A DNA stretch of 64,000 nucleotides. It comes from Octopus vulgaris (lineage: Eukaryota). Shown piece by piece: positions 14,172 to 27,341 of this stretch. Under the pieces are notes generated by a model. That model was given only the letters and a program-made list of their open reading frames with translations, searched no databases and had not been told where the DNA came from. The DNA lies in assembly GCA_951406725.2 (NCBI GenBank), contig OX597816.1:6386001-6450000 (forward strand). The letters run 5' to 3'. The translations under genes and the position numbers were made by a program. Position 1 is the first letter of the stretch, and each line of letters begins with the position of its first letter.

Positions 14172-14396
14172 TCTTTTATTTGTTTAAGTCATTTAACTGC
14201 TGCCATGCTGGGGCACCGCCTTGAAATTTTAGTCGAATGTATCGACCCTAGTTTTTATTCTTTTATATTTTTAAAACTTGGTACTTACTCCACCGGATTT
14301 TTTTGCCGAACCGCTAAGTTACGGGACATAAATACACCAGCACCGGTTGTCAAGCACACACGCACACGCACGCACACGCACACACGCACACACACT

Positions 14397-14459
<63 letters not shown>

Positions 14460-14599
14460 GACGGGCTTCTTTCGGTTTCTACCGAATCGACTCACAAGTC
14501 TTTGGTCGGCCCGATGCTGTAGTAAAAACACTACCCAAAGGTGTCACGTACCATGTGGTCGGGAAGTAAGCATCTCAACACGCAGCCACGTCCTGCACT
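14172..14599 (-). mobile_element. SINE family A, diverged
   Basis: Aligns to the family; its head abuts the (TA)n left of the PLE. Confidence 0.8.
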
Positions 14600-14600
14600 A

Positions 14601-14664
<64 letters not shown>

Positions 14665-14802
14665 CGGAGATGTACTCGCATAGCAAGTAATTTGATCTGA
14701 GATCGTGTGCTGAAACGAAAACAATTGCAGCGTGGGAGGTGTTTATAAGCCATTTAAGAAACACACAAAAGCCGTTCGATTCACTCCAACATTTAAGTTT
14801 AA

Positions 14803-14852
14803 TTTGTCAAAATATTTTCGTCGCTAAAATCCGCGACCTGTTCACTGACAAA
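14803..14852 (-). ncRNA. Mirror copy of the G3-C8 minimal hammerhead in the left PLE arm
   Basis: Exact reverse complement of 18617-18666. Confidence 0.75.
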
Positions 14853-15828
14853 GTCCGTGCTGCATCTAAGAAAGTAACAGTTAGTTCGTCATATATATGT
14901 ATGTACGCATGTATGTGTGTATGTATGCATACATGTGTGTATGTATGTACGTATTCATGTCCGCACATACGCCTGTGTATGCATGTATGTATGTATGTAT
15001 GTATATATGTATGTGTGTGTATAAGCACGCACATACACTCTATAAAACATAAAGTTATAAACCTGTAGCGATGGATGGATGTAGAGTGACCACTCATCAC
15101 AACGCTATCAAATTTCAACTCCCTACGGCCGAGGCTAGAAAGTGAATTTATGACGCTTGCTCACAAGAACTATACCCTAAAATCTATTATCAGATTTTTA
15201 TCTCTATATCACAGAACTAATGTTTTACTATTGTTCGTATGTATGTATGTATGTGCGTATGTATGTATGTATGTATGTATGTATGTATGTATGTATGTAT
15301 GTATGTATGTATGTATGTATGTACATACGTACGCATGTGCGTATGTATGTATACGCGCCCGTATGCATGTGCCCATGTATGTGTGTGTGTACATGTACGT
15401 GCGTATGTACGTGTGTATGCCCATACGTAGGTATGTATGTATGTTTGTATTCATGTGCTACGTATGTATGTGAGTGTCTAGGAGAATGGGCAGATGTGTC
15501 CGTGAGAGTGTGTACATGTGTATGTGTATGTGAACGTATGTCCGTGTACTGGCATGTGTCCGTCCAAGTTGTGTACATGACTGTTACTTAGCTGAAGGTT
15601 GTATACATATTTACATATATGTTTGTATAGACGCACACACATATATATATATGTGTGTGGGTGTGTGTTTGTTCCTCTCATCGTCGTCTAACCGTGAATG
15701 GGTACAACGCCTAGGTGCGACTGTTCGTATCAAACAACGTCTGCTCATACCGTTGTATATAACTGCACATACGCATTGCAACCTGTATGTAAGGACTACA
15801 GGTGAAAGGGAGAGAGAGAGAGGGGTGG

Positions 15829-16722
15829 TTATAGAATAGTCCTTCTGAATGGGATCTGGATGTTATTCCATTCGGACTTTCGGTTGAGAGTAGGTTTGTA
15901 TTCTTGTATACAAACAGCTTCTGTGACCTGTCTCAACATTGCATCGGTGGGATGTGTAGATAGGATGTTCAACTTAAGCTCCCCTAAGGATCCCTTGTGG
16001 CAGTCTACAGCATGTTGGTAGAAGATGGAGTTTGGCTTCCTTTCAATGTAGTTGTCCAGGTGTTCTTTGAACCTATCATTGATGCTTCTAGAGGTCTCAC
16101 CTATGTATGACTCCGGGTTAGCCGCGCAAGCTCCCTCCTGGCACTTAATCTGGTATACAGTGCCCTTGGTTTTACAATTTACGTGTGGATTTGTCGAACA
16201 CACTGCACAATTACTCTGACAGGTGATTCTATCAAATGGATATGATCTGCATAATGCCGATTTGATAGTCCTACCTGTCTTTTCTACAACTTTAACTTTT
16301 AGGCCCGTAGTGCGCAGGACTTTCTTGAATGCCTTACTTAGCTCGTTCATAGGTGTGGCGTCAACGAACATCACTCCGTGAAATCTCCTGTTATCGTACC
16401 AAGTAACGTTTCTCATCTTTTTGTTGGTGTCCCTCTCTAACCTATTCCAGAACTTGTTGCGGTACAGGGGGCATATACCGTTTTCGTCGTTCCCTAGAAT
16501 GCGTTCGAATCTAGCTTTCGCTCCTTTGTACACCCTGACTCTATCGTCTTGTGTGTATCCGGAACGTTGCATTCGGAATATGTAGTGCTGGATGTGTTGT
16601 TGTCGTTCTTGTGGTTGGCATAGTGGTGATACATTCCTCATTACTCTAACTAAGTCTGCCACTAGGATGTTGAGTTTGGCAGTATCCGACACAGCTGAGT
16701 CACTACGGATTACTAGTGGATT
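15829..16722 (-). CDS. Uninterrupted C-terminal 297 codons of a PLE ORF (thumb, Cys-rich linker, GIY-YIG endonuclease); no true start
   Basis: CQSNCAVC...NC linker, then GTVYQIKC...SYIGETSRSINDRFKEH...RQVTEAVCIQEYKPTLNRKSEW, which are GIY-YIG motifs. The first 22 aa of the listed 319-aa ORF are only antisense of the right arm. Confidence 0.88.
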   Translation of the reverse strand, partial: NPLVIRSDSAVSDTAKLNILVADLVRVMRNVSPLCQPQERQQHIQHYIFRMQRSGYTQDDRVRVYKGAKARFERILGNDENGICPLYRNKFWNRLERDTNKKMRNVTWYDNRRFHGVMFVDATPMNELSKAFKKVLRTTGLKVKVVEKTGRTIKSALCRSYPFDRITCQSNCAVCSTNPHVNCKTKGTVYQIKCQEGACAANPESYIGETSRSINDRFKEHLDNYIERKPNSIFYQHAVDCHKGSLGELKLNILSTHPTDAMLRQVTEAVCIQEYKPTLNRKSEWNNIQIPFRRTIL

Positions 16723-17633
16723 ATACAACACATAGCTGACTCTATCCACAGCAGTATAAAACTTACCATAGACTACCCCTCTAGACACCCCAGTAAACGA
16801 TTACCCGTCCTAGATACTGAGCTATGGATGGAAGACGCTATAGTTAATGGTACCATTAAACCATGCATACTCCACTCACACTATCAGAAACCGATGGCTA
16901 ATCCACTAGTAATCCGTAGTGACTCAGCTGTGTCGGATACTGCCAAACTCAGATTCGAAAGCTTCTAGGGAACGACGAAAACGGTATATGCCCCCTGTAC
17001 CGCAACAAGTTCTGGAATAGGTTAGAGAGGGACACCAACAAAAAGATGAGAAACGTTACTTGGTACGATAACAGGAGATTTCACGGAGTGATGTTCGTTG
17101 ACGCCACACCTATGAACGAGCTAAGTAAGGCATTCAAGAAAGTCCTGCGCACTACGGGCCTAAAAGTTAAAGTTGTAGAAAAGACAGGTAGGACTATCAA
17201 ATCGGCATTATGCAGATCATATCCATTTGATAGAATCACCTGTCAGAGTAATTGTGCAGTGTGTTCGACAAATCCACACGTAAATTGTAAAACCAAGGGC
17301 ACTGTATACCAGATTAAGTGCCAGGAGGGAGCTTGCGCGGCTAACCCGGAGTCATACATAGGTGAGACCTCTAGAAGCATCAATGATAGGTTCAAAGAAC
17401 ACCTGGACAACTACATTGAAAGGAAGCCAAACTCCATCTTCTACCAACATGCTGTAGACTGCCACAAGGGATCCTTAGGGGAGCTTAAGTTGAACATCCT
17501 ATCTACACATCCCACCGATGCAATGTTGAGACAGGTCACAGAAGCTGTTTGTATACAAGAATACAAACCTACTCTCAACCGAAAGTCCGAATGGAATAAC
17601 ATCCAGATCCCATTCAGAAGGACTATTCTATAA
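16723..17633 (+). pseudogene. Disrupted PLE ORF: late RT motifs to GIY-YIG endonuclease
   Basis: From 16723 it reads IQHIADSIHSSIKLTIDYPSRHPSKRLPVLDTELW...HYQKPMAN, matching PLE RT C-terminal motifs (LPxLD, YxKP). There is a deletion at 16950/16951 and a 1-nt frameshift near 16960. The 195-aa ORF at 17046-17633 is identical to the left arm. Confidence 0.88.
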
Positions 17634-18616
17634 CCACCCCTCTCTCTCTCTCCCTCTCCCTGTAGTCCTTACATACAGGTTGCAATGCGTATGTGCAGTT
17701 ATATACAACGGTATGAGCAGACGTTGTTTGATACGAACAGTCGCACCTAGGCGTTGTACCCATTCACGGTTAGACGACGATGAGAGGAACAAACACACAC
17801 CCACACACATATATATATATGTGTGTGCGTCTATACAAACATATATGTAAATATGTATACAACCTTCAGCTAAGTAACAGTCATGTACACAACTTGGACG
17901 GACACATGCCAGTACACGGACATACGTTCACATACACATACACATGTACACACTCTCACGGACACATCTGCCCATTCTCCTAGACACTCACATACATACG
18001 TAGCACATGAATACAAACATACATACATACCTACGTATGGGCATACACACGTACATACGCACGTACATGTACACACACACATACATGGGCACATGCATAC
18101 GGGCGCGTATACATACATACGCACATGCGTACGTATGTACATACATACATACATACATACATACATACATACATACATACATACATACATACATACATAC
18201 ATACATACATACATACATACATACATACATACGAACAATAGTAAAACATTAGTTCTGTGATATAGAGATAAAAATCTGATAATAGATTTTAGGGTATAGT
18301 TCTTGTGAGCAAGCGTCATAAATTCACTTTCTAGCCTCGGCCGTAGGGAGTTGAAATTTAATAGCGTTGTGATGAGTGGTCACTCTACATCCATCCATCG
18401 CTACAGGTTTATAACTTTATGTTTTATAGAGTGTATGTGCGTGCTTATACACACACATACATATATACATACATACATACATACATGCATACACAGGCGT
18501 ATGTGCGGACATGAATACGTACATACATACACACATGTATGCATACATACACACATACATGCGTACATACATATATATGACGAACTAACTGTTACTTTCT
18601 TAGATGCAGCACGGAC

Positions 18617-18666
18617 TTTGTCAGTGAACAGGTCGCGGATTTTAGCGACGAAAATATTTTGACAAA
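18617..18666 (+). ncRNA. Minimal type I hammerhead ribozyme, G3-C8 core variant
   Basis: TTTGTCA (stem I) GTGAACA (core) G GTCGC-ggatttta-GCGAC (stem II) GAA AATATT (palindromic stem III) T (N17) TGACAAA (stem I'). Folded by eye. Confidence 0.75.
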
Positions 18667-18743
18667 TTAAACTTAAATGTTGGAGTGAATCGAACGGCTT
18701 TTGTGTGTTTCTTATATGGCTTATAAACACCTCCCACGCTGCA

Positions 18744-19359
<616 letters not shown>

Positions 19360-19611
19360 TTATAAAATGAGATAGGGGTTGAAAATTCAACCCACCATGG
19401 GATAATATATATCCAATATACTGCTAGATAGGTACCCAACAAAAATAATACATAGATGTTAAAAATTGTCAAGCAATCAGTTCATCTATTGTATTAAATG
19501 GGTAAGGTAATAATATTACCGTAAATTAATACTACAAAATTTTATATTTTTATATTTATATGTATATGATTATATAATATTTTTCACTATTATAACAAAT
19601 TTAATTTAATT

Positions 19612-19714
19612 CTCTAAAGAGGCCGTGGGCATCTTTAATGCCTCATTTATACCTGCCTTTATGGCTATAGGTTAAATGAGGTATGACTGTCCTCACTGCC
19701 GAAACAGCTGTCAG
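19612..19714 (+). ncRNA. Degenerate hammerhead-like motif with a long stem II
   Basis: CT CTaAAGA GGC-GTGGG...CCTCATTTA...TAAATGAGG...CTCAC-GCC GAAACAGCTGTC AG. G5 is replaced by A. Confidence 0.5.
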
Positions 19715-19913
19715 TTTTGATTTATTTGCATATTATATTTGGATTTTTTACTTATATCTCTTTATCTTTTTACTTTTACTATTACTGTATATCTCATTTC
19801 ATTTTATATATTGCCTTTATATATGTAATGGTGTATTAAAGTATGGATTGAGTATCATCGGATAGTTGATGCTTACTGATTTAAGTATGTTTCTCCATTC
19901 TCTAATTTTGTAG

Positions 19914-19998
<85 letters not shown>

Positions 19999-20327
19999 GT
20001 ATGTGAAGGCGCGTGGCTTAGTGATCGGGCTATTGCACTCACGATCGCATGATCACGGGTTCGAACTCCAGACCGGGTAGCACGTTGTGATCTTGAGCGA
20101 AACCTTTTATTTCATATCGACCCCATCTACTCAGCTGTAACCCGTGATGGGATAGCAATCAATCGCCTAGCCACTAGGATGGCGTCATTCAAAAGTTATA
20201 CATTGTGACTAACGATGTATAACAACATCCGATAGTCTGGTCAATACCCTGATATAATTTGTATGTATGCTATGTACATGTAAGTACACGTGCGTAGGTA
20301 TGTAGCTCCATATTATAACGTATTATA

Positions 20328-20760
20328 AGATGGAGAGCTGGCAGAATCGTTAGCACGACGGGCGAAATGCTAAGCGCTATGTTCTGAGTTCAAATTCCGC
20401 TGAGGGGCCAGTCAATTAGATCGACCTCAGTACGCAACTGGCACTTAATTTATCGACTGCGAAAGGATTAAAGGCAAAGTCAACCTCGACAGAATTTCAA
20501 CTCAGAACGTAGCGATGATCGAAATACCTATTTCTTTACAGCCCACAAGGAGCTACACACACAGGGGACAAACAAGGACAGACAAACAGATTAAGTCGAT
20601 TATATCGACCCCAGTGCGTAATTGGTACTTAATTTAGCGACCCCGAAAGGATGAAAGGCAAAGTCGACCCCGGCGGAATTTGAACTCAGAACGTAACCTC
20701 AGACGAAATACGGCCACGCGTTTCGCCCGGCGTGCTAACGATTCTGCCAGCTCGCCGCCT
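20328..20760 (-). mobile_element. SINE family B dimer (-) abutting a + strand head fragment (20328-20404)
   Basis: Junction GAAATACC|TATTTCTTT near 20521-20537. Confidence 0.8.
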
Positions 20761-21746
20761 TTTTATCGCTAAATAATTATGGTATTTGAGTTAAATTCGA
20801 TATTCCGATTTAAGTTTAAGTTTAATCGATTATATTCAACTCTTGATATCATAATTGAATCCGAGGTGGCAGAATTGTTACCGCGCCGGGCAAAATGCTT
20901 AACTGTAGTTCGTCTTTCTTTAGGTTCTTAGTTCAAATTACGCCGAGTTCGACTTAACATTTTTATCTCTTTCGGGATCGATAAAATATATACCAGTTGC
21001 ATACTGGTATCGATGAAATTGTTGCCTTTGTCCTGAAATTGTTGCCCTTGACCGAAATTTGAAATCGATATCATAATCGAACCCATTTCTTGTTATTTTA
21101 TTGCCATTTCGATCCGTTGTTCTAATGCTGGACCGTTTTAGTCTTATATTCTACTATTCACGCTGTGTTAAGCTCGAACTGACTTCATGCTTGCTCTGCC
21201 AGTTCTATTATTGCTCGCCTTATTCAAAAATATTTCCTTCACGCCATGTTATTCTACACCAATCCATTGACCCTTTAGAATGTTGTTGATGTGTCTTCTT
21301 ACTTATGTCGTGACTAATATAATGTTGCATGTCATGTACCAACTCTATATTATTCAGCAGTGCCTTGTGTTTATCGGTTGAAAATGCCATAAATTATGTT
21401 CGCTATTCAGATATTCAACTATTCCCATAAGAGGTCTCTTGACAAAGAAATAAATTCTTATTGTTGTGGACAGATTATCAATTCGATTAGAATCCGAAAA
21501 CTAGCTTCTGGTCTAGCTAACAATCTCTTTATTGATCTGTCATTCATACTGCATTTATAATGTAAAATTTCGAGGCCTAATTATGAAACCATTCACTTAA
21601 TTATTCAACAAATTTTAATCGTTGTAGTAACCCACTTCTAACAATCTCGCTTCGCAGCTTTCTAACCTACTCTGCTGCCTATGAAACTAATATTAAATAT
21701 ATTCCGATACTTTTTATTCTCAATTACATTAATCGCTCTCTCTCTC

Positions 21747-21803
<57 letters not shown>

Positions 21804-21807
<4 letters not shown>

Positions 21808-22117
21808 AGGCGCAATGGCCCAGTGGCTAGAGCAGCGGACTCGCGGTCGTAGGATCGCGGTTTCGATTCCCAGGCCGGGCGTTGTGAGTGTTTATTGAGC
21901 GAAAACTCCTAAGGATCCACGAGGCTCCGGCAGGGGGTGGTGGCGATCCCTGCAGTACTCTTTCGCCACAAACTTCTCTCACTCTTTCTTCTGTTGGCTT
22001 GCTCGCTTAGCCAGCGGGGTGGCATCATTTGAAGGCTAAAACAATGCGAAGTGCATTGTGACCAGCGATGTGTAGCAACATCTGATAGCCTGGTCGGTCA
22101 CGGTGATCACGGTGATA
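21804..22117 (+). mobile_element. SINE with family C head and an alternative tail
   Basis: Matches 3762 for about 180 bp, then switches to a tail also seen, diverged, at 20160-20250. Confidence 0.85.
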
Positions 22118-22173
22118 CATATATATATGGAGAGGGATATATATATATATATATCCCTCTCCATTTCTCTCTC

Positions 22174-22212
<39 letters not shown>

Positions 22213-22855
22213 CTATCTATCCCTCTCCATCTCTCTCTCTCTCTCCCTCTCTAACTTAACCCTCATTACACACAAAGCTACCCACATATTCCTGATAGAT
22301 TCTTCTTCTCGACTGTTTCAATCCATAATCTCCAAAACCAGGACATTTCCTGTTAACTTTCAACAGATTAGCACAACTGGATTATCATTTATCCTCTTAA
22401 CAACTGTGTTAAGATGACGAAATGGCAGAATCGTTAGCACTCTGAACAAAATGATTAGCGTCATTTCGTCCGCCTTTACGTTATGAGTTCAAATTCCGCC
22501 AAGGTCGATTTTGCTTTTGATCCTTTTAGGGTCGATTAAATAAATACCAGTTGAGTACTGGGGGGGTCAATGTAATCGATTTGACCCCCACCCTGCCATT
22601 TCCCCGAAATCTCTCGATTTGTACCAAAATTTTAAACCATTATTATACACTGACTTTTTGGCAGGAATATTTCACAAATCATTAGATTCTACTCTTTTTA
22701 TTGGCTCCATTCGATTCTTTTGGATTTCGAACTCCAAACGTAAAACTATACATATTGCCTATAATCACCGACCTAAACGTCTTCTGGGAAAGACTTCCAC
22801 CGTCCACATTGCCCAGGAAACTGTGAATACGAGGGACGACTCCAGTTGCCATATA

Positions 22856-23237
22856 GGAAGCACTCCGTCGGTTACGACGACGAGGGTTCCGGTTGATCCG
22901 AATCAACGGAACAGCCTGCTCGTGAAATTAACGTGTAAGTGGATGAGCACTCCACAAGCACGTGTACCCTTAACGTAGTTCTCGGGGATATTCAGCGTGA
23001 CACAGAGAGTGACAAGGCCGGCCCTTTGAAATACAGGTACAACAGAAACAGGAATAAGAGTGAGAGAAAGTTGTGGTGAAAGAGTACAGCAGGGATCACC
23101 ACCATCCCTTGCCGGAGCCTCGTGGAGCTTTAGGTGTGTTTGCTCAATAAACACTCACAACGCTCGGTCTGGGAATCGAAACCGCGATCCTATGACCGCG
23201 AGTCCGCTGCCCTAACCACTGGGCCATTTCGCCTCCA
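22856..23237 (-). mobile_element. SINE family C
   Basis: Reverse complement of 3762-4146; 13-bp TSD CAGTTGCCATATA. Confidence 0.92.
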
Positions 23238-24328
23238 CAGTTGCCATATACCCAACTGTTGTCAACCCTTGAATCCGTGATTGCAAGTACATCTAAAGAG
23301 GTGAACTGTGAAAATACCAACAAAAGGTGGAAACGGTTGTTTATTATTCAGAAACCTCTTTTTCTTCAAACTGATGCTTCAGTCTCATAACAACACGTGT
23401 TTCTTCCACTAGAGTGAATTTGACAACTAATCAACTCTTTTAAACATTGCTTTTCTTACATTTAAACAGCAACAACCATGAGCTGAGCAGCTTATATGTT
23501 TTACCTCTGGACTACATCATTCAACGGATACTTTTTCAAAGATTGTATATTATTATTAGAAAATAATTTGGTTACTATTTCTAGCAGATCGAACGTCAAC
23601 ATAGATCTCTTTTGTGGGCATGTTTCCATGCTTTGTTTTTATTGTTGTATAACCAAAGGTCGGCCTTAATCGAAGCAATGATGATTGAAGAAGATTCAGA
23701 TATGACTTCTCCGTCCACCAAGGGGTACATTTTGCATTATGTCCTTCCAATTTGTACGATATGCAATTCTAGGGGTATTTAGTAAAGATATCTCAGCGTA
23801 AAATCTTCTCGAACCTTCAGGAGGACAAAAGTCTTGACGTTCCACTGTTCCCGTTATTTAGAGAACAATATTCCAAATTCAAAACCTAGAATATTGGTCG
23901 ACGTTTGACTTGGATTTGCAAATACAGCAGAGACTTTCTATAGAAGTGCATCTTTTACAAACGGCAGCCAAGCCATCTCACTTTCCAGAAGTCCGTGCAT
24001 AGAGTACGGCCAATAGATGAACCTACTGACCAGAGCATGAGCCCGATTCTTTCACAAGAAGTGGAAAATAATATACTCCCACATGCGGTCAATATGCGGT
24101 CAGGTGACAAGTACGACAGTCAAACTATAATAACATGTTGCAGAGGAGACGTCTATGCTCCCCGACTCTACTCAATCTTTCAGAATTGTTCTTTTCTCAG
24201 CCGATTTGTACAGAAGATCCTAATCACCTGACACGTAATCATGTCCCAGATCCCACCAACCTGCAGGTCCGGACCTCAACCACCTTAAGCGTACAATTGA
24301 TGAAGTAACAAGCTGCTGCTGCAGCTTC

Positions 24329-24362
<34 letters not shown>

Positions 24363-25306
24363 AAGCAACAAGACGGGTAAGGGTGATTAGGTGATGGTCT
24401 AGGGCTTAGGGGCGAGAGACCCCTGACCTTGCGGAAAAAAAAACTTTGGTCGTCTTGTTGTAGTGGAGGGCTCTTCGTTGACGCTCGACACCACTGGGAG
24501 GTGGCCCTCGAAGTCGCTGGAAATGGAGATCTCCAGGACCAAATACTTGTACGGCTGCTACTGCCGCCCAGAATGGATTTGCGTCTTCTGGTGCTTAGCC
24601 TCACAACTAACGCAAGAGATTTTCTGCATGCAAATTCTCTACAACCATCGTTATGCCAAAAAACTCAAATCACAAGAAAGATACAGCGTAGAATCACTAC
24701 CCAGGTGACACAACAAAATACACAACTCTTAGTTTATAAAGTGGTCGTCGTCGTCGTCGTCATCATCACTCGGTAGAATAATACAAACATAGACTTTTAC
24801 AAAATCGATAATTGATAGCCTAACATTTGATATATCACCAATAACTTACACAACTCATACTAAACACAGACAACATCAAACAACATAACAACCAATAATG
24901 TAACAATAACATAACAGACAGCAATGTCACAGAAATATACCCCAGTCAGTGAACAGGGCGGCGAGCAAGCAGAATCGTTAGCAATGCTTAGCAGTATTTC
25001 GTCTGTCTTTGCGTTCTGAGTTCAAATTCCGCACAGGTTGGCTTTGCTTTTCATCCTTTCGAGGTCGATTAAATAAATACCTGTTGAGCAGTGGGGGTGA
25101 TGTAATCGACTTATCCCCTCCCCCAAAATTGCTGATGTTATGTCAAAATTTGAAATCAGTTTAACAACCATTGATGTGACAGTGATAGCGTAACATCGCC
25201 CATACAACACATACTCTATACAATGACTGTTCAATAATGTGAAGACAATATTTTAGTTAATTGATGCCGTTAATAAACACAAGCCCCACTCTGCCATAAT
25301 CTATAT

Positions 25307-25567
25307 CAATGCTTCTCAACCATTTTCCCCCATGGGCCCTTTTGTTTCCTATTTTACTCAGAGGGATGGGATCCTCATAGTCATTCAAGGTCTAAAAACT
25401 CCTTTCGTATTTTTATAATGAAATATTATTAAGATTTTAATTTTTAAAAGTATTTAAATATTTTTGTATTGTAGAAGTATAAACTATCATTTATTGCAGA
25501 TAAATTTTAAAGACAAAATTTTAAATGGCCTCCCAAGGGCCATGAGGACTCCTATTGAGAACCTCTG
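25307..25567. mobile_element. Degenerate hAT (Charlie-type) MITE
   Basis: Ends CAATGCTTCTCAACC / TATTGAGAACCTCTG; decayed nTCTAnAn flanks. Confidence 0.5.
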
Positions 25568-26679
25568 CTCTACACTATTCCTAGCGGACTATTAAAACTA
25601 AATAACACAACACATATAACATCTAAGAATATAATCACCGATCTCCACCACCACCATCATCCTAACCACCACAAAAAGTAACTCGACTCACAGAGGACAT
25701 CAAAATCACAGTTGCCCTAATATCCTGGAACCAAAGAAGTTCAGGCGCTCCAAAGTGACCCGGACAGTGTCCATGTCTCACAACTACAGAGCGAGACAGG
25801 GAAAAACCATAGATCTAAAGACCCGATTTCTTTCCTTCTGTACAAAAACTGGCAGCGCCAAACATCTTTGTCCAATGAGCCTACAACTGCAGCGAGCTGG
25901 CAGAAACGTTAGCACACCGGGCGAAATACCTGGTGGTATTTCGTCTGCCGTTACGTTCTGAGTTCAAATTCTGCCGAGGTCGACTTTGCCTTTCATCCTT
26001 TCGGGGTCGATAAATAAAGTACCAGTTACGCACTGGGTTCGATGTAACCAACTTAATCCCTTTGTCTGTCCTTGTTTGTTCCCTCTATGTTTAGCCCCTT
26101 GTGGGCATTAAAAAATATGATTACCATTGATCGCGTTTCGTATCCAACCAATGGTTCTACTCAGAAGCTGGAATGCATCTTCTTGTACGATGCGGGTGCA
26201 CCAGCTCAGACTTCTTACTAAGTTGCTTGATTTTCTGAGTTAGACCCTGCTTACCGTGTTCTCTTCACGGCTGGGTTGACGGCTTGTGTTGGTCAACCAC
26301 ATCCCACATGGAAGATGAGGATGTATCTCACAGAGATGGAGACTGACTGGGACTTGAGTCGACGGATCGCCCGGGAGGACCCAGGAATATACCGATAAAT
26401 GGTGAATACAGCAATGCACAGCAACGGCGATACATGGCCCAAACATCCGAGCTGACATGATAAAACAACTTACAGAAGACATATTTGACGAAGTAAACAG
26501 ACGAAATTTTAAAGTAAAGCCAGGGAAAAAAGCAACCAAATTCCACAAAGTCTATAGACACTAACTTCTACATCCTTCAAGAATGATTCTGTACACATCT
26601 CAGGTATATAGAGGTGCACCTGGTGGTACAACATAAATTCATGTCGAATGGTTGAAAACAAGAGAACTTCTAACAAAGG

Positions 26680-27341
26680 TAGTTAGTTAGTTAGTTAGTT
26701 AGTTAATTTTTTGGCTCAAAAAGCAAAAAGCAAGGCCATGTAGGGGGACATGGAGTTATGTATAGGGTGGTGTTCATGTAAAGAGTTCAGGCCACTTGTG
26801 GTCAAGGGAGACTTTGAACTGAGCGGTCGTCGGCATCTTCACTATTTCGTCCGGCAGCTTATTCCACGGATCCGCAACCTGGACGGAGAAAGCCCCTCTC
26901 CTTCGATTGAGATGAAATCGTCGCAGATAGAGCTTTTCGGAGTGACCCCGCAGCCGACGCTCTGGAGCAGGAGTGAAGAACAGCTCTTTCGAGAGGTTAC
27001 ACTTTCCGCTTATGATGTTGTGAGCAAGAATGAGATCACCACGGCGTCGTCGTTTTTCTAGAGAATAAAGGTCGAGCGTCTTCAGCCTTTCTTCATAAGA
27101 CAAATGCCTGAGACCAAGAACCATGCGGGTAGCCAGCTTCTGGACTCTTTCGAGATGCTGTATGTCTTTGAGGAGATAAGGAGAAGAGGCTTGAATCCCG
27201 TACTCCAATATGGGTCTCACCAGCGTGACATAGAGCGGTAGGAATATGGCTGCTGTGAGCATTCCGAATGACCGTCGAATCAAAAACAGAACTCCGCGTG
27301 CTTTGTTGGCAGCATGGACGCACTGGGCCGAAGGCGAAAAA
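26680..27341 (-). mobile_element. CR1-clade LINE 3' fragment with intact reading frame and (CTAA)n tail
   Basis: LYVTLVRPILEYG...LERVQKLATRMV...SYEERLKTLDLYSLEKRRRRGDLI...RGHSEKL...FSVQVADPWNKLP. Confidence 0.9.

Larger units (their letters stand above)
14662..16723 (-). mobile_element. Penelope-like element, left arm: 5'-truncated, complete 3' end
   Basis: Carries an RT C-terminal/thumb region, a Cys-rich linker and a GIY-YIG endonuclease, followed by an approx. 1.1-kb 3' UTR ending ...GTACATCTCCGTAA next to (TA)n. The same terminus is seen in the diverged copy ending at 32030. Confidence 0.92.

Noticed and set aside
16513-16671. The 159-bp in-frame deletion as a spliced intron
   Set aside because: No GT/GC-AG boundaries on the element sense strand.
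16723-16788. N-terminus (MSRGVVYGKFYTAVDRVSYVLY) of the 319-aa ORF
   Set aside because: It is antisense read-through into the right arm, whose plus strand encodes the real RT motifs. It is not a genuine start.
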